Assembly: GCA_965261345.1 (NCBI GenBank)
Contig: OZ253449.1
Coordinates: forward strand, 1,728,001-1,792,000
Direction: 5' to 3'
DNA length: 64,000 bases
Origin: Chloroflexota bacterium
GTDB lineage: Bacteria; Chloroflexota; UBA11872; VXNJ01
A program made the position numbers and the translations under genes. Position 1 is the first letter of the stretch, and each line of letters opens with the position of its first letter. The notes beneath the pieces were generated by a model. It worked only from the letters and a program-made list of their open reading frames with translations. It was not told the origin of the DNA and made no database searches. Of this stretch, positions 29,327 through 39,118 are shown in pieces.

Positions 29327-30532
29327 CTAGGGTGACTGGGTCAGGTGGAGGTCGTGCCCCAGGCGGTTTTTCTTGGTGGCCATATACACCGCATTGTGTT
29401 CGTTGGGTTCTATCTGCAACGGGACCTGCTCAACGATCTCCAATCCGTAGCCGGCGATCTCCGCGCGCTTGCGGGGGTTGTTGGTTAGCAACAGGAGCTT
29501 GGTAACTCCAAGTTCGGCCAGGATCTGGGCGCCGATCCCATAGTCGCGTTCATCGGGCGCAAACCCGAGGGCGATATTGGCATCGACGGTGTCGAGACCG
29601 TCATGCTGCTGGAGCGCATAGGCTTGCAGCTTGTTGGCCAGGCCGATCCCGCGACCCTCCTGGCGCATGTAGAGGATCACCCCGCGGCCTTCGCTGGCTA
29701 CCCGTCGCAGCGCGGTCTTGAGCTGGGGTCCGCAATCGCAGCGCAGCGACTCGAATACGTCTCCGGTCAAGCATTCGTCATGAACCCGGACCAGGGTCGG
29801 TTCGCCCGGCCGGATCTGGCCGATCACCATCGCCAAATGATCGTCGCCGGTGACCGAATCGCGGAACGCGGTTGCCGTAAACGTCCCCCAGGGCGTCTGG
29901 ATCTGGGCCGACGCCAACCGCTCGATGAGCTTTTCGGACTTGCGCCGGTGGGCGATCAGCGAAGTTACCGAAATGATGGGAATCCCGCGCTCAACAGCTA
30001 TTTCGGCGGCCGCCTCGGCGCTCAAATCCAACCCTTGCTCATCGAGCAGTTGTCCGATCAGGGCGACCGGTTCGATTCCGCCTAGGGAGGCCAGATCGGT
30101 GGCCGCTTCCGGCAGTCCCGGGCGCCGCAGCACGCCGCCCTCAAACGCGCGCAGCGGGCGAATCAGGCCTGGTTTATTCAGCTGTCCCGGCCTGGTGCTG
30201 CTCGACCCCAGGGCGCGCACCGTGGCGGCTTGACCAGGGAGTGAGTGCGGGCTGGGTGCAATCAGGTCGACGGTTTCACAGAAGGCAGGGGCCGAACTGA
30301 TGCCCGCCCCCGGGGACAGTTCAAGCGCGATCCCCAGGCGCTCGAGCACAGCGGGCTTGGCGGCTACGAAAACGCCGCCGGAAGCCCGGTTCAGCGCCAG
30401 CAGCTCGGTGGCGGTCACGACCCGCGCGGCGATTGCCAGGTTGGCCGAATGCTCGCCCGGACCCGCCCTGGTGATCATGACCGGGTCGCCGGCGGCGAAG
30501 CGCCGGGCGGCCGCGGTAATGGAATTACCCAA
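29327..30532 (-). CDS. ribBA: RibBA fusion: intact GTP cyclohydrolase II plus degenerate DHBP-synthase domain
   Basis: RVHDECLTGD..SLRCDCG, QEGRGIGL, LTNNP; N-domain keeps GGVLRRPG..EA..DL but lacks the acidic loop. Confidence 0.9.
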   Translation of the reverse strand: MGNSITAAARRFAAGDPVMITRAGPGEHSANLAIAARVVTATELLALNRASGGVFVAAKPAVLERLGIALELSPGAGISSAPAFCETVDLIAPSPHSLPGQAATVRALGSSSTRPGQLNKPGLIRPLRAFEGGVLRRPGLPEAATDLASLGGIEPVALIGQLLDEQGLDLSAEAAAEIAVERGIPIISVTSLIAHRRKSEKLIERLASAQIQTPWGTFTATAFRDSVTGDDHLAMVIGQIRPGEPTLVRVHDECLTGDVFESLRCDCGPQLKTALRRVASEGRGVILYMRQEGRGIGLANKLQAYALQQHDGLDTVDANIALGFAPDERDYGIGAQILAELGVTKLLLLTNNPRKRAEIAGYGLEIVEQVPLQIEPNEHNAVYMATKKNRLGHDLHLTQSP

Positions 30533-31127
30533 TTTGAACCTCGGTCGAGAAGACTAGGCTGGAAACATATTTGGCCAAAATATCGGTTTCCAAATTGCAT
30601 CGATCTCCGACTGCCAGGCCGCCAAAGGTCGTAACGTGCAGGGTATGCGGGATTAGCGCAATCTTAAATTGACCGGCGTCCACTCCGGCCACCGTAAGAC
30701 TGGCACCGTCCAGGGTGACATAGCCTTTCTCGACGATTTGCCCGGCGTAGCCCACCGGGTTGGCAAATGCGTAGAGAAGTCCGCCGCCGTCGCCCTCAAT
30801 CTTTACCAGCTCAACTGTGCAGTCGACGTGGCCCTGCACGAAATGTCCGCCCAGTCGCCCATTGGCAGGCATCGCCCGCTCCAGATTTACCAGGTTGCTA
30901 TGCGTCAGCTGGCCAAGGTTGGTGCGCCGCAGGGTTTCGGGCACCGCCTCGACTGAAAAATTTCGCTCGCTAAATTCCACCACCGTAAGGCAGGCTCCGT
31001 TTATCGACACGCTGTCGCCGACCGCCAACTGCCCACCAAAACTGGCCCCGATGGTCAGGTGGACCAGACCGGAGCCGGCGCGAACGTCGAGCACCGGGCC
31101 CATTTCCTCAACCAGGCCGGTAAACAT
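30525..31127 (-). CDS. ribE: Riboflavin synthase alpha chain
   Basis: MFTGLVEE, GDSVSINGACLTV, VNLERA, GGHFVQGHVD. Confidence 0.96.
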   Translation of the reverse strand: MFTGLVEEMGPVLDVRAGSGLVHLTIGASFGGQLAVGDSVSINGACLTVVEFSERNFSVEAVPETLRRTNLGQLTHSNLVNLERAMPANGRLGGHFVQGHVDCTVELVKIEGDGGGLLYAFANPVGYAGQIVEKGYVTLDGASLTVAGVDAGQFKIALIPHTLHVTTFGGLAVGDRCNLETDILAKYVSSLVFSTEVQIG

Positions 31128-31135
31128 TGGCGATT

Positions 31136-32230
31136 TTAGGAGTCGTTAATTCGCGTCGGCCGGGCCCTGATCCAGAGATCGTCCCCGGCCCGACCCGATT
31201 GAAGGAATTCGAGATCACCCATTGGCGAATCGCCGATCGGCAATTCGCCGATCGGGTTGGGCGCCAAGGGGTCGCCGACCAGGCGCGGGCACAGAAATAT
31301 CTCGACTTCGTCAATTGCGCCGGCGGCCCAGTACGAGGTGAGCACCGCCTGGCCGCCCTCCAGCAGGACCTGACCGATTCCGAGCTCGCCCAGATGCGCC
31401 AGCGTGCTGCTCACGGACTGGCCGGGGTCGGCGGGTAATTGCTGGACCCGGCAGCCGGCTGCCTCCAGGGCGGCGATTTTTCGGGGATCGGCGCCGATCC
31501 CGGCGATGACCAGGGTCGAGCCGGATTGTCTTAGCATCGCTGCCTGCGGCGTGAGCCGAGCCCGCCGGTCCAATACCACCCGCAACGGCTGCTCCCGCAC
31601 ATGTATTCCGGCTCGAACCGTCAGACGCGGGTCATCGGCCAGCGCGGTTCCTGATCCGATCATTACGGCGTCAACCTCAGAGCGCCGTTGGTGCACCAAG
31701 CGGAGCGATTGCTGCGAGCTCAAATAGCCCGCCCGCCCGCCGGCCAGGGCAATCCGGCCGTCTAGCGACATCGCCCACTTGGCAATAACGTAGGGACGCC
31801 CGGCGGACGCCTGGCGTAGATAGCCTTTGAGTCCGTCGCGGGCAGATTCGCAATCGATATCCGGGAAAACCTCGATTCCGGCCGCCCGCAATTGTTCGAT
31901 TCCGTCGCCGACCAGCGGGTTGGGGTCACGGCAGGCGAAGAAGCAGCGGGCGATGCCGGAGGCAATGATGGCCTCGGTGCAGGGCGGCGTTTGACCATGG
32001 TGGGCGCATGGTTGGAGGGTCGAGTAGAGGTCGGCGCCGCGCGCGAGGGCGCCGGCCTGCTCGAGAGCTTGCGGCTCGGCGTGCGGACCATTTCTGAGGG
32101 CGGTGGCCGAACTGCCGACGATCTGGCCGGCGCGGACCACCAATGCACCAACGGCTGGACGCGGCGAAACCCGGCCCAGACTTTGCCGCCCGATGGCGGC
32201 AGCGATGTTTAGGTAGTCAACCGGCTGCAA
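31136..32230 (-). CDS. ribD: Bifunctional pyrimidine deaminase/reductase RibD; start approximate (TTG 32230)
   Basis: HAE, PCAHHGQTPPC, DPNP, KWAMSLDG, DDPRLTVR, LEGG. Confidence 0.93.
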   Translation of the reverse strand: MQPVDYLNIAAAIGRQSLGRVSPRPAVGALVVRAGQIVGSSATALRNGPHAEPQALEQAGALARGADLYSTLQPCAHHGQTPPCTEAIIASGIARCFFACRDPNPLVGDGIEQLRAAGIEVFPDIDCESARDGLKGYLRQASAGRPYVIAKWAMSLDGRIALAGGRAGYLSSQQSLRLVHQRRSEVDAVMIGSGTALADDPRLTVRAGIHVREQPLRVVLDRRARLTPQAAMLRQSGSTLVIAGIGADPRKIAALEAAGCRVQQLPADPGQSVSSTLAHLGELGIGQVLLEGGQAVLTSYWAAGAIDEVEIFLCPRLVGDPLAPNPIGELPIGDSPMGDLEFLQSGRAGDDLWIRARPTRINDS

Positions 32231-32328
32231 ATTGCAATTTGTTCCACTGGCCGCAGCAATGCGTCCAGCGGCCAATATCATCATCGCAGACGCTTTCCAA
32301 CCGAAGTATCCTGATCCCCCCAGCCCGC

Positions 32329-33009
32329 ATGACAGCCCCCGGTCAATCACCCGAGCCAACCCGACCACCGGTGTTGGGCCTTACCGGCAATATTGCCACC
32401 GGAAAGTCGTTGGTGGCGGCCCATCTGCGCGATCTGGGGGCGATCGTTATCGATTCCGATCTAGTCGTTCGGCGGCTCTATCGGCGGACCGACCCGGTCG
32501 CCCGGGCGGTCGCCGCCCGATTCGGCCCCCACCTGTTGGGGCCTGCCGGGATCGACCGACAGGCGTTGGGCCAGATGGTTTTCGGTAACTCCGAGGCGCT
32601 GACCGATCTGGAGGCGATAGTTCATCCCGCGGTGATCGCAGAAGTTGCCGGGGCGATTGCGCGTGCGCCGGCGGGCCAGCCGCACGTTATCGAGGCGATT
32701 AAATTGGCAGAAAGTGGCAACGCCCTTTTGCTGGATGAGCTCTGGGTCTTAGACAGCCCGCGGACGGCCCAGATTGGGCGATTGGTCAGTTCGCGCGGTC
32801 TCTCCCGGGAGCAGGTCCGCCTGCGGATCGATTCCCAGTCCTCGGCTGAAGACAAGCTTGCGCTGTTCGCGCGGCGGCGCCCCGGCACCAGGGCCCGCCT
32901 GATAGAAAATGCCGGTTCAAGGCAGTCGCTTTTGGCTCTGGTCGGGCGGTCCTGGTGGAATTTTCTGTCAGCTCGTGGCGGGGCAGAACTGGGCCGCATT
33001 CAATCCTGA
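32329..33009 (+). CDS. coaE: Dephospho-CoA kinase
   Basis: GLTGNIATGKS, IDSD, IDRQALGQMVF, LEAIVHP; ATG 32329. Confidence 0.92.
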   Translation: MTAPGQSPEPTRPPVLGLTGNIATGKSLVAAHLRDLGAIVIDSDLVVRRLYRRTDPVARAVAARFGPHLLGPAGIDRQALGQMVFGNSEALTDLEAIVHPAVIAEVAGAIARAPAGQPHVIEAIKLAESGNALLLDELWVLDSPRTAQIGRLVSSRGLSREQVRLRIDSQSSAEDKLALFARRRPGTRARLIENAGSRQSLLALVGRSWWNFLSARGGAELGRIQS

Positions 33010-34491
33010 TGCCGGTCCCTGGGCGAGGGTTGCGTAAGCGGCTTCGACCGCCGGTTGATGGTCGCCGACGACCAGGCTGACCCGCGTCCCGGAAATTCCG
33101 ATCAAGGCCGCCTTGGGACCGCCCTGCCAGATTGCCTCAGTTGGCGACACCACCTCGAAGCGGCCCTCGCCATACGCGTGATCTAGTCTGTTTTGGCTGA
33201 CGAAATCCAACATGGTGTGGTGGAAATCAGCGGCCGCCCGGGGGTCGGCGAACGCGGTCCGCAGAAGCAGCGCCGAATTTTGCCCGTTGCCAATCAACAC
33301 CAGGTGATCGTCCAACCAACCGATTGGTCCTGGCGTTCGCGAACCGCTGCGATTTGCAAACAAAACGCCGAGCGCGAATTGCCCCAGCGCGCCCTCGCCG
33401 GTTACCTGCCAGCAGGGTATTTCGGGGTCGCCGAAGTCGGCCAGATCGGAATCTGGTGCAATTTCCTGCCAGTCCCCCTGGCCAGTCGCCAGTAGCTGGG
33501 CGATTTGGGCAGTGCTCTGGGGCACCCGTTGGGGTTCGTAAAGGGCGTTGAGTGCTTCAATCCCGCCCCGCCCTAGGACCGCCAGTACGAATTGCGCACC
33601 GGTCTCATACGGGTAGATGAGCACGCTCTGCACGTATTGGCCGGCCCGGTCGAGCGGACCAGGCGGTGGGACCGGCGCGGCGAGCAGATCGGCAAGCTCG
33701 ACGAGTTGGGTAGCTGCCACGAGGCCGAAAACCGAGGCTTCGCCTTCAATGAGGGCCGAAAGTGCAAGTTGCCGATCGAATTGGAGCAACGGGATGGAGT
33801 TGGACAGGGTTGAAATGTCGAAATTGGATTGCTGCAGCGCGTGCACATACTCATGGGTGATGGTCAATAGGATCTGGGCCTCACGCGCCGGATCGGCAGA
33901 CTCAACGAGGTAGAGACGATCATCATCGGAAACATAAAACCCAAGGAGTTGCGCCGGAACCTGCTCGAGATAGACGTCGTCGAGCGATCGGCCGGGGGCC
34001 AGCACCCCCAGTGCCTGAAGGACCTGGTCGCGACTGACGACCTCGCCGGGGTCCTGCTCGGAAAGGTACGAGTTCACCAACTCGGTCGCCTCCTCCACCG
34101 TCACCACTAACGGCACCGGAGGGTTGCGTGAAAGTCCGCGCACGCTCTCGGCGGCCGCAACCGCAAGCAGGTAATTTCCAGACACCATCTGTTCGAAGTC
34201 ACTCGGCTCGGGTTCGCCCACGGCAGGGATGACCGTCGGCGTGGGTTCGGCGCCTCCCAGGACGGCCGTAGCGGTTGGCGCGTCCTCCAGCCGGTTCCCT
34301 GCCGGACCGGGTTCGGCCTCCTCAGGGATGACCGTCGGCGTCGGACCGACTTTGGTCGGCGCGGCAGCTGTCGCAATTGACGGCGGCGATTGCCCGGCAT
34401 CTTGGCAGCCGGCCAGCAGCAGCATCAGGAGGAGTGCCAGGCAGGCTGTCAATCGCGATAAGCACGGGGCCCGAACTGCAATCGGGGCGAT
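32968..34491 (-). CDS. Secreted lipoprotein with HExxH zinc-metallopeptidase-like motif; start ATC 34491 or TTG 34452
   Basis: LLAGC lipobox, Pro/Thr linker, GFY, THEYVHALQ, ALIEGEA, YPY..G..FV, P.ST. Confidence 0.7.
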   Translation of the reverse strand: MAPIAVRAPCLSRLTACLALLLMLLLAGCQDAGQSPPSIATAAAPTKVGPTPTVIPEEAEPGPAGNRLEDAPTATAVLGGAEPTPTVIPAVGEPEPSDFEQMVSGNYLLAVAAAESVRGLSRNPPVPLVVTVEEATELVNSYLSEQDPGEVVSRDQVLQALGVLAPGRSLDDVYLEQVPAQLLGFYVSDDDRLYLVESADPAREAQILLTITHEYVHALQQSNFDISTLSNSIPLLQFDRQLALSALIEGEASVFGLVAATQLVELADLLAAPVPPPGPLDRAGQYVQSVLIYPYETGAQFVLAVLGRGGIEALNALYEPQRVPQSTAQIAQLLATGQGDWQEIAPDSDLADFGDPEIPCWQVTGEGALGQFALGVLFANRSGSRTPGPIGWLDDHLVLIGNGQNSALLLRTAFADPRAAADFHHTMLDFVSQNRLDHAYGEGRFEVVSPTEAIWQGGPKAALIGISGTRVSLVVGDHQPAVEAAYATLAQGPASGLNAAQFCPATS

Positions 34492-34611
34492 GACTCACCT
34501 CCAAGCCGGGCAGCGCGATAGCGGGAAATTATCGTAGGTGAGGCGGGCCGGTTTCCGGGGTTGGAAACCGGCGGTAACCTGGTTGAAATGCAAGCTGAAG
34601 CGCAGGTTTAG

Positions 34612-35313
34612 ATGACGTTCATGGATGCCTTTTCACGATCACATTCGCCCGATGGGGATCAGGCGGCCGACCTGGCGGGAGTGCGTGACCAATTGCTGCG
34701 GGCCGGGTTTGATGACCTGGTGCCGTCCGCGCTGCTGGACGCGCCGGCCGGCCTTGCCTATCGCCCGCAGGCCTGCGCCGCCCTCAACTGCCTGCTAAGC
34801 GCGCAGCGTATCGCCAATGCCCTCCAAAACGGGACCGACCGTGAAAAAACTCAGGCCGACGCGCTGGCTTTGTTAGTCCTTCTCGACCGCGCCCTCGATG
34901 CGGCCGGCCACTGGGTCGCGCTGGCAACCGAGCGATCGCAGCGGCGAGGAGCCTCTACTCTGGGGGACCCAAAGTTGACGGCTCGCCTCAGCCTGCTCGA
35001 CGCCGAAGCGGGGCGGACGGTGTCGCGATCCACGGAATGGATTTCGCAGGTCCGGTCAACCACCCGCGCCGCCCTGGAGGGCCGGCCGCCAACTTTCGGC
35101 TATGCGGGCGATCGGCTACAAATACGCCCCAGCCCGCCGTCTGGCCCGGGCGTCCGGTCGGTCAAAGCTGCGCTTGCATCGGTGCCGATCGGCCAGCTCG
35201 CCGGGCAGTGGACCGATCGGCTGGCGCAGGTACTGGCGGCAGTTCTCCGTTGCGGGGCGGAGCGGGTCGCCAGTCCACGTGGCCGCGCGGAGCTGGAATT
35301 TGACTGGGACTGA
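34612..35313 (+). CDS. Hypothetical, mostly helical protein
   Basis: 233-aa ATG ORF filling the gap before rplS; no clear motif. Confidence 0.5.
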   Translation: MTFMDAFSRSHSPDGDQAADLAGVRDQLLRAGFDDLVPSALLDAPAGLAYRPQACAALNCLLSAQRIANALQNGTDREKTQADALALLVLLDRALDAAGHWVALATERSQRRGASTLGDPKLTARLSLLDAEAGRTVSRSTEWISQVRSTTRAALEGRPPTFGYAGDRLQIRPSPPSGPGVRSVKAALASVPIGQLAGQWTDRLAQVLAAVLRCGAERVASPRGRAELEFDWD

Positions 35314-35410
35314 AAGCCCCGCCGTCTCCAAATCATTTAAAATTTTCACTAGCCGCTTACAGTACGCCGCAGACCTCTACCCGCCTCTACTACCCGCCTT
35401 AGCTATTGCC

Positions 35411-35764
35411 ATGCCTTCGATCATTGCCGACTTAGACCGAGAGCTGCTGCGTGCCGATATTCCGGATTTCGGGGTGGGCGACACGGTTCGCGTGCACAGC
35501 CTCGTCCGCGAAGGGCAACGCGAGCGCATCCAAGCCTTCGAGGGCGTGGTGATCAAGCGCCGCGGTGGCGGCCTCCAGGAGACGTTTACGGTTCGCCGAA
35601 TCTCCCATGCGGGAATAGGCGTCGAACGCTGTTTTCACCTGCATTCCCCGGTCATTGACCACCTCGATGTGGTGCGCCGTGGCCGGGTGCGACGGGCGAA
35701 ACTCTACTACTTGCGCGAACGCAAGGGCCGTGCCGCGCGGGTCCGCGAAGCTACTCGCCGCTGA
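35411..35764 (+). CDS. rplS: 50S ribosomal protein L19
   Basis: [43 protein letters not shown]; ATG 35411. Confidence 0.97.
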   Translation: MPSIIADLDRELLRADIPDFGVGDTVRVHSLVREGQRERIQAFEGVVIKRRGGGLQETFTVRRISHAGIGVERCFHLHSPVIDHLDVVRRGRVRRAKLYYLRERKGRAARVREATRR

Positions 35765-35820
35765 TTGAAGATCTCCCAATTCAATTGAAAATTTGCCGGT
35801 AGCCGCGCGGGGCTAGTCGT

Positions 35821-36513
35821 TTGCCCCAGCCCACCGACGGGTGGATCGAATTGTCCGCTTCCCTGGCACCGCCGAACTTTGAGCGCCAATTGCTGGCCCG
35901 GGGAATCTCGCTCATTGCCGGGATCGATGAAGTCGGCCGCGGCGCCCTGGCCGGTCCGGTCTGTGCCGGCGCGGTGCTGTTAAACGCCCCGACCATCCTC
36001 AGCCGCTCGAAATTTTCCGGGGTAAGGGATTCCAAGCTCGTTCCGCGCCACCGCCGCGGCCCGCTTAGCCGCAACATTTGGAACCGGGCGGTTGCGGTTT
36101 CGCTGGGCTGGGTGGAGGCCCGCGAAATAGACGAGATCGGGATTGCCGCGGCCGTCCGCCGGGCAATGATCCTGGCGCTCGCCCAGCTGCGCCCCAGGCC
36201 ACAGGCGCTAATTACCGATGCCGTCGCGCTACGCGGTCCGGCGGTACCCGAATTGTTCTTTAGCTTCCCCAAGGCCGATCGCGACACGCTGAGCGTGGGG
36301 GCCGCCTCGATCTGCGCCAAGGTCGCCCGCGACGCGCATATGCAGCGCCTGGAATCCATGTTCCCGGACTACGGCTTTGGGCAGAATGTCGGCTATGGCA
36401 CCAGCGACCACCTGGCCGCAATCGCCGCCTACGGTCCCAGCCGGGCGCATCGTCTCTCCTTCGGCCCCTGTCGACCAAGGCTCACTGATCTCTCCGTTGC
36501 CGGTCCCAACTAG
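35821..36513 (+). CDS. rnhB: Ribonuclease HII
   Basis: GIDEVGRGALAGPV, DSK, AASICAKVARD, GYGT, HRLSF. Confidence 0.95.
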   Translation: MPQPTDGWIELSASLAPPNFERQLLARGISLIAGIDEVGRGALAGPVCAGAVLLNAPTILSRSKFSGVRDSKLVPRHRRGPLSRNIWNRAVAVSLGWVEAREIDEIGIAAAVRRAMILALAQLRPRPQALITDAVALRGPAVPELFFSFPKADRDTLSVGAASICAKVARDAHMQRLESMFPDYGFGQNVGYGTSDHLAAIAAYGPSRAHRLSFGPCRPRLTDLSVAGPN

Positions 36514-36528
36514 ATTGCGGCCGGCCGT

Positions 36529-37125
36529 ATGGAACTGATCGCAGAGCTATCCGGCTGGGTTCTCTCGTGGGGCGAATCGCCGTTGAGTTGGGTGGCGCTG
36601 TTTCTGGTCTCATTCTGGGATTCCAGTTTCTTACCGGTTCCGCCCGACGCGCTGATGATCGTCCTGATCCTTGCCGATCCCAGGCTTGCGCTGCCGATCG
36701 CCGCCCTGGCTTCGATCGGATCATTGCTCGGTGCCGCGCTCGGCTACTGGATCGGGCTCAGGGGCGGCCGACCGCTGATTCACCGCCTAATCAACGAGCA
36801 GCGGCTTCGCTACGTGGAAATGAAATATCAGGAAAACGATATTTTGGCGATCATGCTTGCATGTTTTACCCCGTTACCGTACAAGGTTTTTGCGGTCGGG
36901 GCCGGTGTCTGCCAGATCAATTTCCGCCGCTTCATGCTGGTTTCGGCGGTAGGCCGGTCGACGCGATTTCTGGCGGTGGGACTGGCGTTGTTTTTTTTCG
37001 GCGACCAGATCCGCGAGCTGCTGGAAGACTACTCGGCGCCAATCGCGCTCGCCTTCCTGGTGATTTTTGCACTCGGGGTGTTCCTGATGCGTTGGATCTC
37101 CAACCGCGCCACCACGGCGGTTTAG
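36529..37125 (+). CDS. DedA/VTT (YqaA-like) membrane protein
   Basis: SSFLPVPPD, GSLLGA..GYWIG, FTPLPYKVF, GR..RF. Confidence 0.88.
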   Translation: MELIAELSGWVLSWGESPLSWVALFLVSFWDSSFLPVPPDALMIVLILADPRLALPIAALASIGSLLGAALGYWIGLRGGRPLIHRLINEQRLRYVEMKYQENDILAIMLACFTPLPYKVFAVGAGVCQINFRRFMLVSAVGRSTRFLAVGLALFFFGDQIRELLEDYSAPIALAFLVIFALGVFLMRWISNRATTAV

Positions 37126-37146
37126 CGGGAACCGGCCCGCCCGTAC

Positions 37147-38226
37147 TTAGAGCATCGGTAGCGGTTCGACCCGTTCGAGGTTCTTAACCGAGATCGCGGC
37201 CGCCAATTTGGAGCTTATCTGGCGGTAGGTGTCGACTAATCCATTGACGCCGAAGCGGGCAACCGGCCGCCCGTCGTCACCGCCCTGGCGAATTGTCGGG
37301 TCGAGCGGGAGTTCACCGAAGAAGGGGATCTCCATCAGCTCGGCGGCGCGCCGGGCTCCGCCGTGACCGAAGATCTCGATCCGCGAGCCATCGATTGGAT
37401 TTTGGAAGTACGACATGTTCTCGATCAGTCCAAGAATGTCGACGCTGAGGCGCTCGAACATTGCAATCGCCCGCCGCACGTCCTGCAAGGCCACTTCCTG
37501 GGGGGTCGAGACGATGACCGCTCCGGTCAGTGGAATCAGCTGCGCGAGCGAGAGCGAAGCATCGCCGGTACCTGGCGGAAGGTCGACTATCAGGTAATCG
37601 AGATCACCCCAGTCAACGTCGCCAATGAGCTGCTTGAGCGCCCCGGCGATCATTGGACCTCGCCAAATCACCGGGGTGTCGGGTTCGAGCATGAATCCCA
37701 ACGACATCAACTTGACGCCGAAGGATTCGATCGCCTGAATCTTGCCGCCGATCGCGGTCGGCGAAGCGTTAGCGCCCATCATCAATGGAATATTGGGGCC
37801 GTAGACGTCGGCGTCGAGCAATCCGACCGTGGCCCCCTGGTCGCGCAGGGCTACTGCCAGGTTGACCGCGGTGGTGCTTTTCCCGACTCCACCCTTACCC
37901 GATGCCACCGCCACCGCATTTTTGACGCCCGGCAAGGTGGAGGACGGCGTGGTGGAGCGCGATCCGACCTCGGCGGTCATCTCGATGTTGGCTCCGGCAA
38001 CCCAGCCCAAGCTGGCCAAGCCGGCCCGGACGCGGCTGTCAATCTCACCGCGCAGGGGGCAGGCCGGGGTGGTCAGGACCACCGTCAGCGACACGTCGTC
38101 GCCGGTCACCTTCACGTCACGAACCATGTTCAAGGTGACCAGATCTTTGTGGATTTCAGGGTCGTAGACGCCGCGCATGGCGTCGATGACCTGATCGACC
38201 CGTGATTGGTTGTCAGCGGCGGGCAT
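37147..38226 (-). CDS. mrp: Mrp/ApbC Fe-S cluster carrier ATPase
   Basis: N-terminal DPE..LTTPACP domain, ASGKGGVGKS, DADVYGP, WRGPM, DLPPGTGD, ENMS; ATG 38226. Confidence 0.95.
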   Translation of the reverse strand: MPAADNQSRVDQVIDAMRGVYDPEIHKDLVTLNMVRDVKVTGDDVSLTVVLTTPACPLRGEIDSRVRAGLASLGWVAGANIEMTAEVGSRSTTPSSTLPGVKNAVAVASGKGGVGKSTTAVNLAVALRDQGATVGLLDADVYGPNIPLMMGANASPTAIGGKIQAIESFGVKLMSLGFMLEPDTPVIWRGPMIAGALKQLIGDVDWGDLDYLIVDLPPGTGDASLSLAQLIPLTGAVIVSTPQEVALQDVRRAIAMFERLSVDILGLIENMSYFQNPIDGSRIEIFGHGGARRAAELMEIPFFGELPLDPTIRQGGDDGRPVARFGVNGLVDTYRQISSKLAAAISVKNLERVEPLPML

Positions 38227-38311
38227 GATTGTCAGCTCAGAATTTACAAGGTTTAGAAGAGGATATTCGATTTTATTGGGATGCCCGATAGCGGCGGGAT
38301 CGGATCGGGCG

Positions 38312-39094
38312 TTAGCCAATCGCCGCCGGAGGGGCGGAAAAAACCTGGCGAACCGTGCCGCTGGCGAATTCCGTCCGCCGGCCGTCAATTTCAAGCGCGA
38401 TTTTCCCTGCGGCCGTCAATTGGCATACGGTGCCGGTATACGAACGGCCGCCGGCCGCCAGTTGGATCCTTCGACCCAGGAGCGTGGATCGCTCGACCCA
38501 CTGATGATGCTGGTCGGCGGCCCCGGCGGGCAGCTCGGTCAGCAATTGGCCGAGCCGGCGGATCAACCGGGCACAGACATCGACGCGGTCGACCGGCCGG
38601 CCGAGCTGGTCGGCGGCCGAGGCGGCCGGGTAGGTCATTCCGGTCAGCCTGGCGGGGTCATTGTTGAGATTGGCGCCGATCCCGATCGCATGGCCGTCGC
38701 CGGCGCCTTCGATTAGGACGCCGCCGGCCTTGGCTCCCGCCAACATCACATCGTTGGGCCATTTAATACCCACTTCCCGGCAACCGACCGTCTCTAACGC
38801 CTGGCACAGGGCCAGACATCCGCAGCGGGCCAGGTCGGCCGCCGTGGCGCCGCTAAAGTGACCGGCGTAGGTCAGGGCGAGAGCCTGTCCGGGCGGCGTC
38901 TTCCAGGAAGCCCCGCGCCGTCCGCGTCCAGCTGACTGCGAGTCGGCAACTATTGCCAATTGACCTGAAAAGCCCTCGCGCAGACGCCCGAGCGCGACCT
39001 GGTTGGTCGAATCGACCCGCGACCTGTACACAATTTCGACTGGCAGATCGGCCAGTTGGCGGCCAAGCCGGCCGAAATCGAAGGCGCTGTCCAA
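38312..39094 (-). CDS. birA: Biotin--[acetyl-CoA-carboxylase] ligase without N-terminal HTH
   Basis: DSTN, QSAGRGRRG, KWPND, KAGGVL, GIGAN. Confidence 0.92.
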   Translation of the reverse strand: MDSAFDFGRLGRQLADLPVEIVYRSRVDSTNQVALGRLREGFSGQLAIVADSQSAGRGRRGASWKTPPGQALALTYAGHFSGATAADLARCGCLALCQALETVGCREVGIKWPNDVMLAGAKAGGVLIEGAGDGHAIGIGANLNNDPARLTGMTYPAASAADQLGRPVDRVDVCARLIRRLGQLLTELPAGAADQHHQWVERSTLLGRRIQLAAGGRSYTGTVCQLTAAGKIALEIDGRRTEFASGTVRQVFSAPPAAIG

Positions 39095-39118
39095 AAGCCT
39101 GCGGCCGACCCGCCGCGG

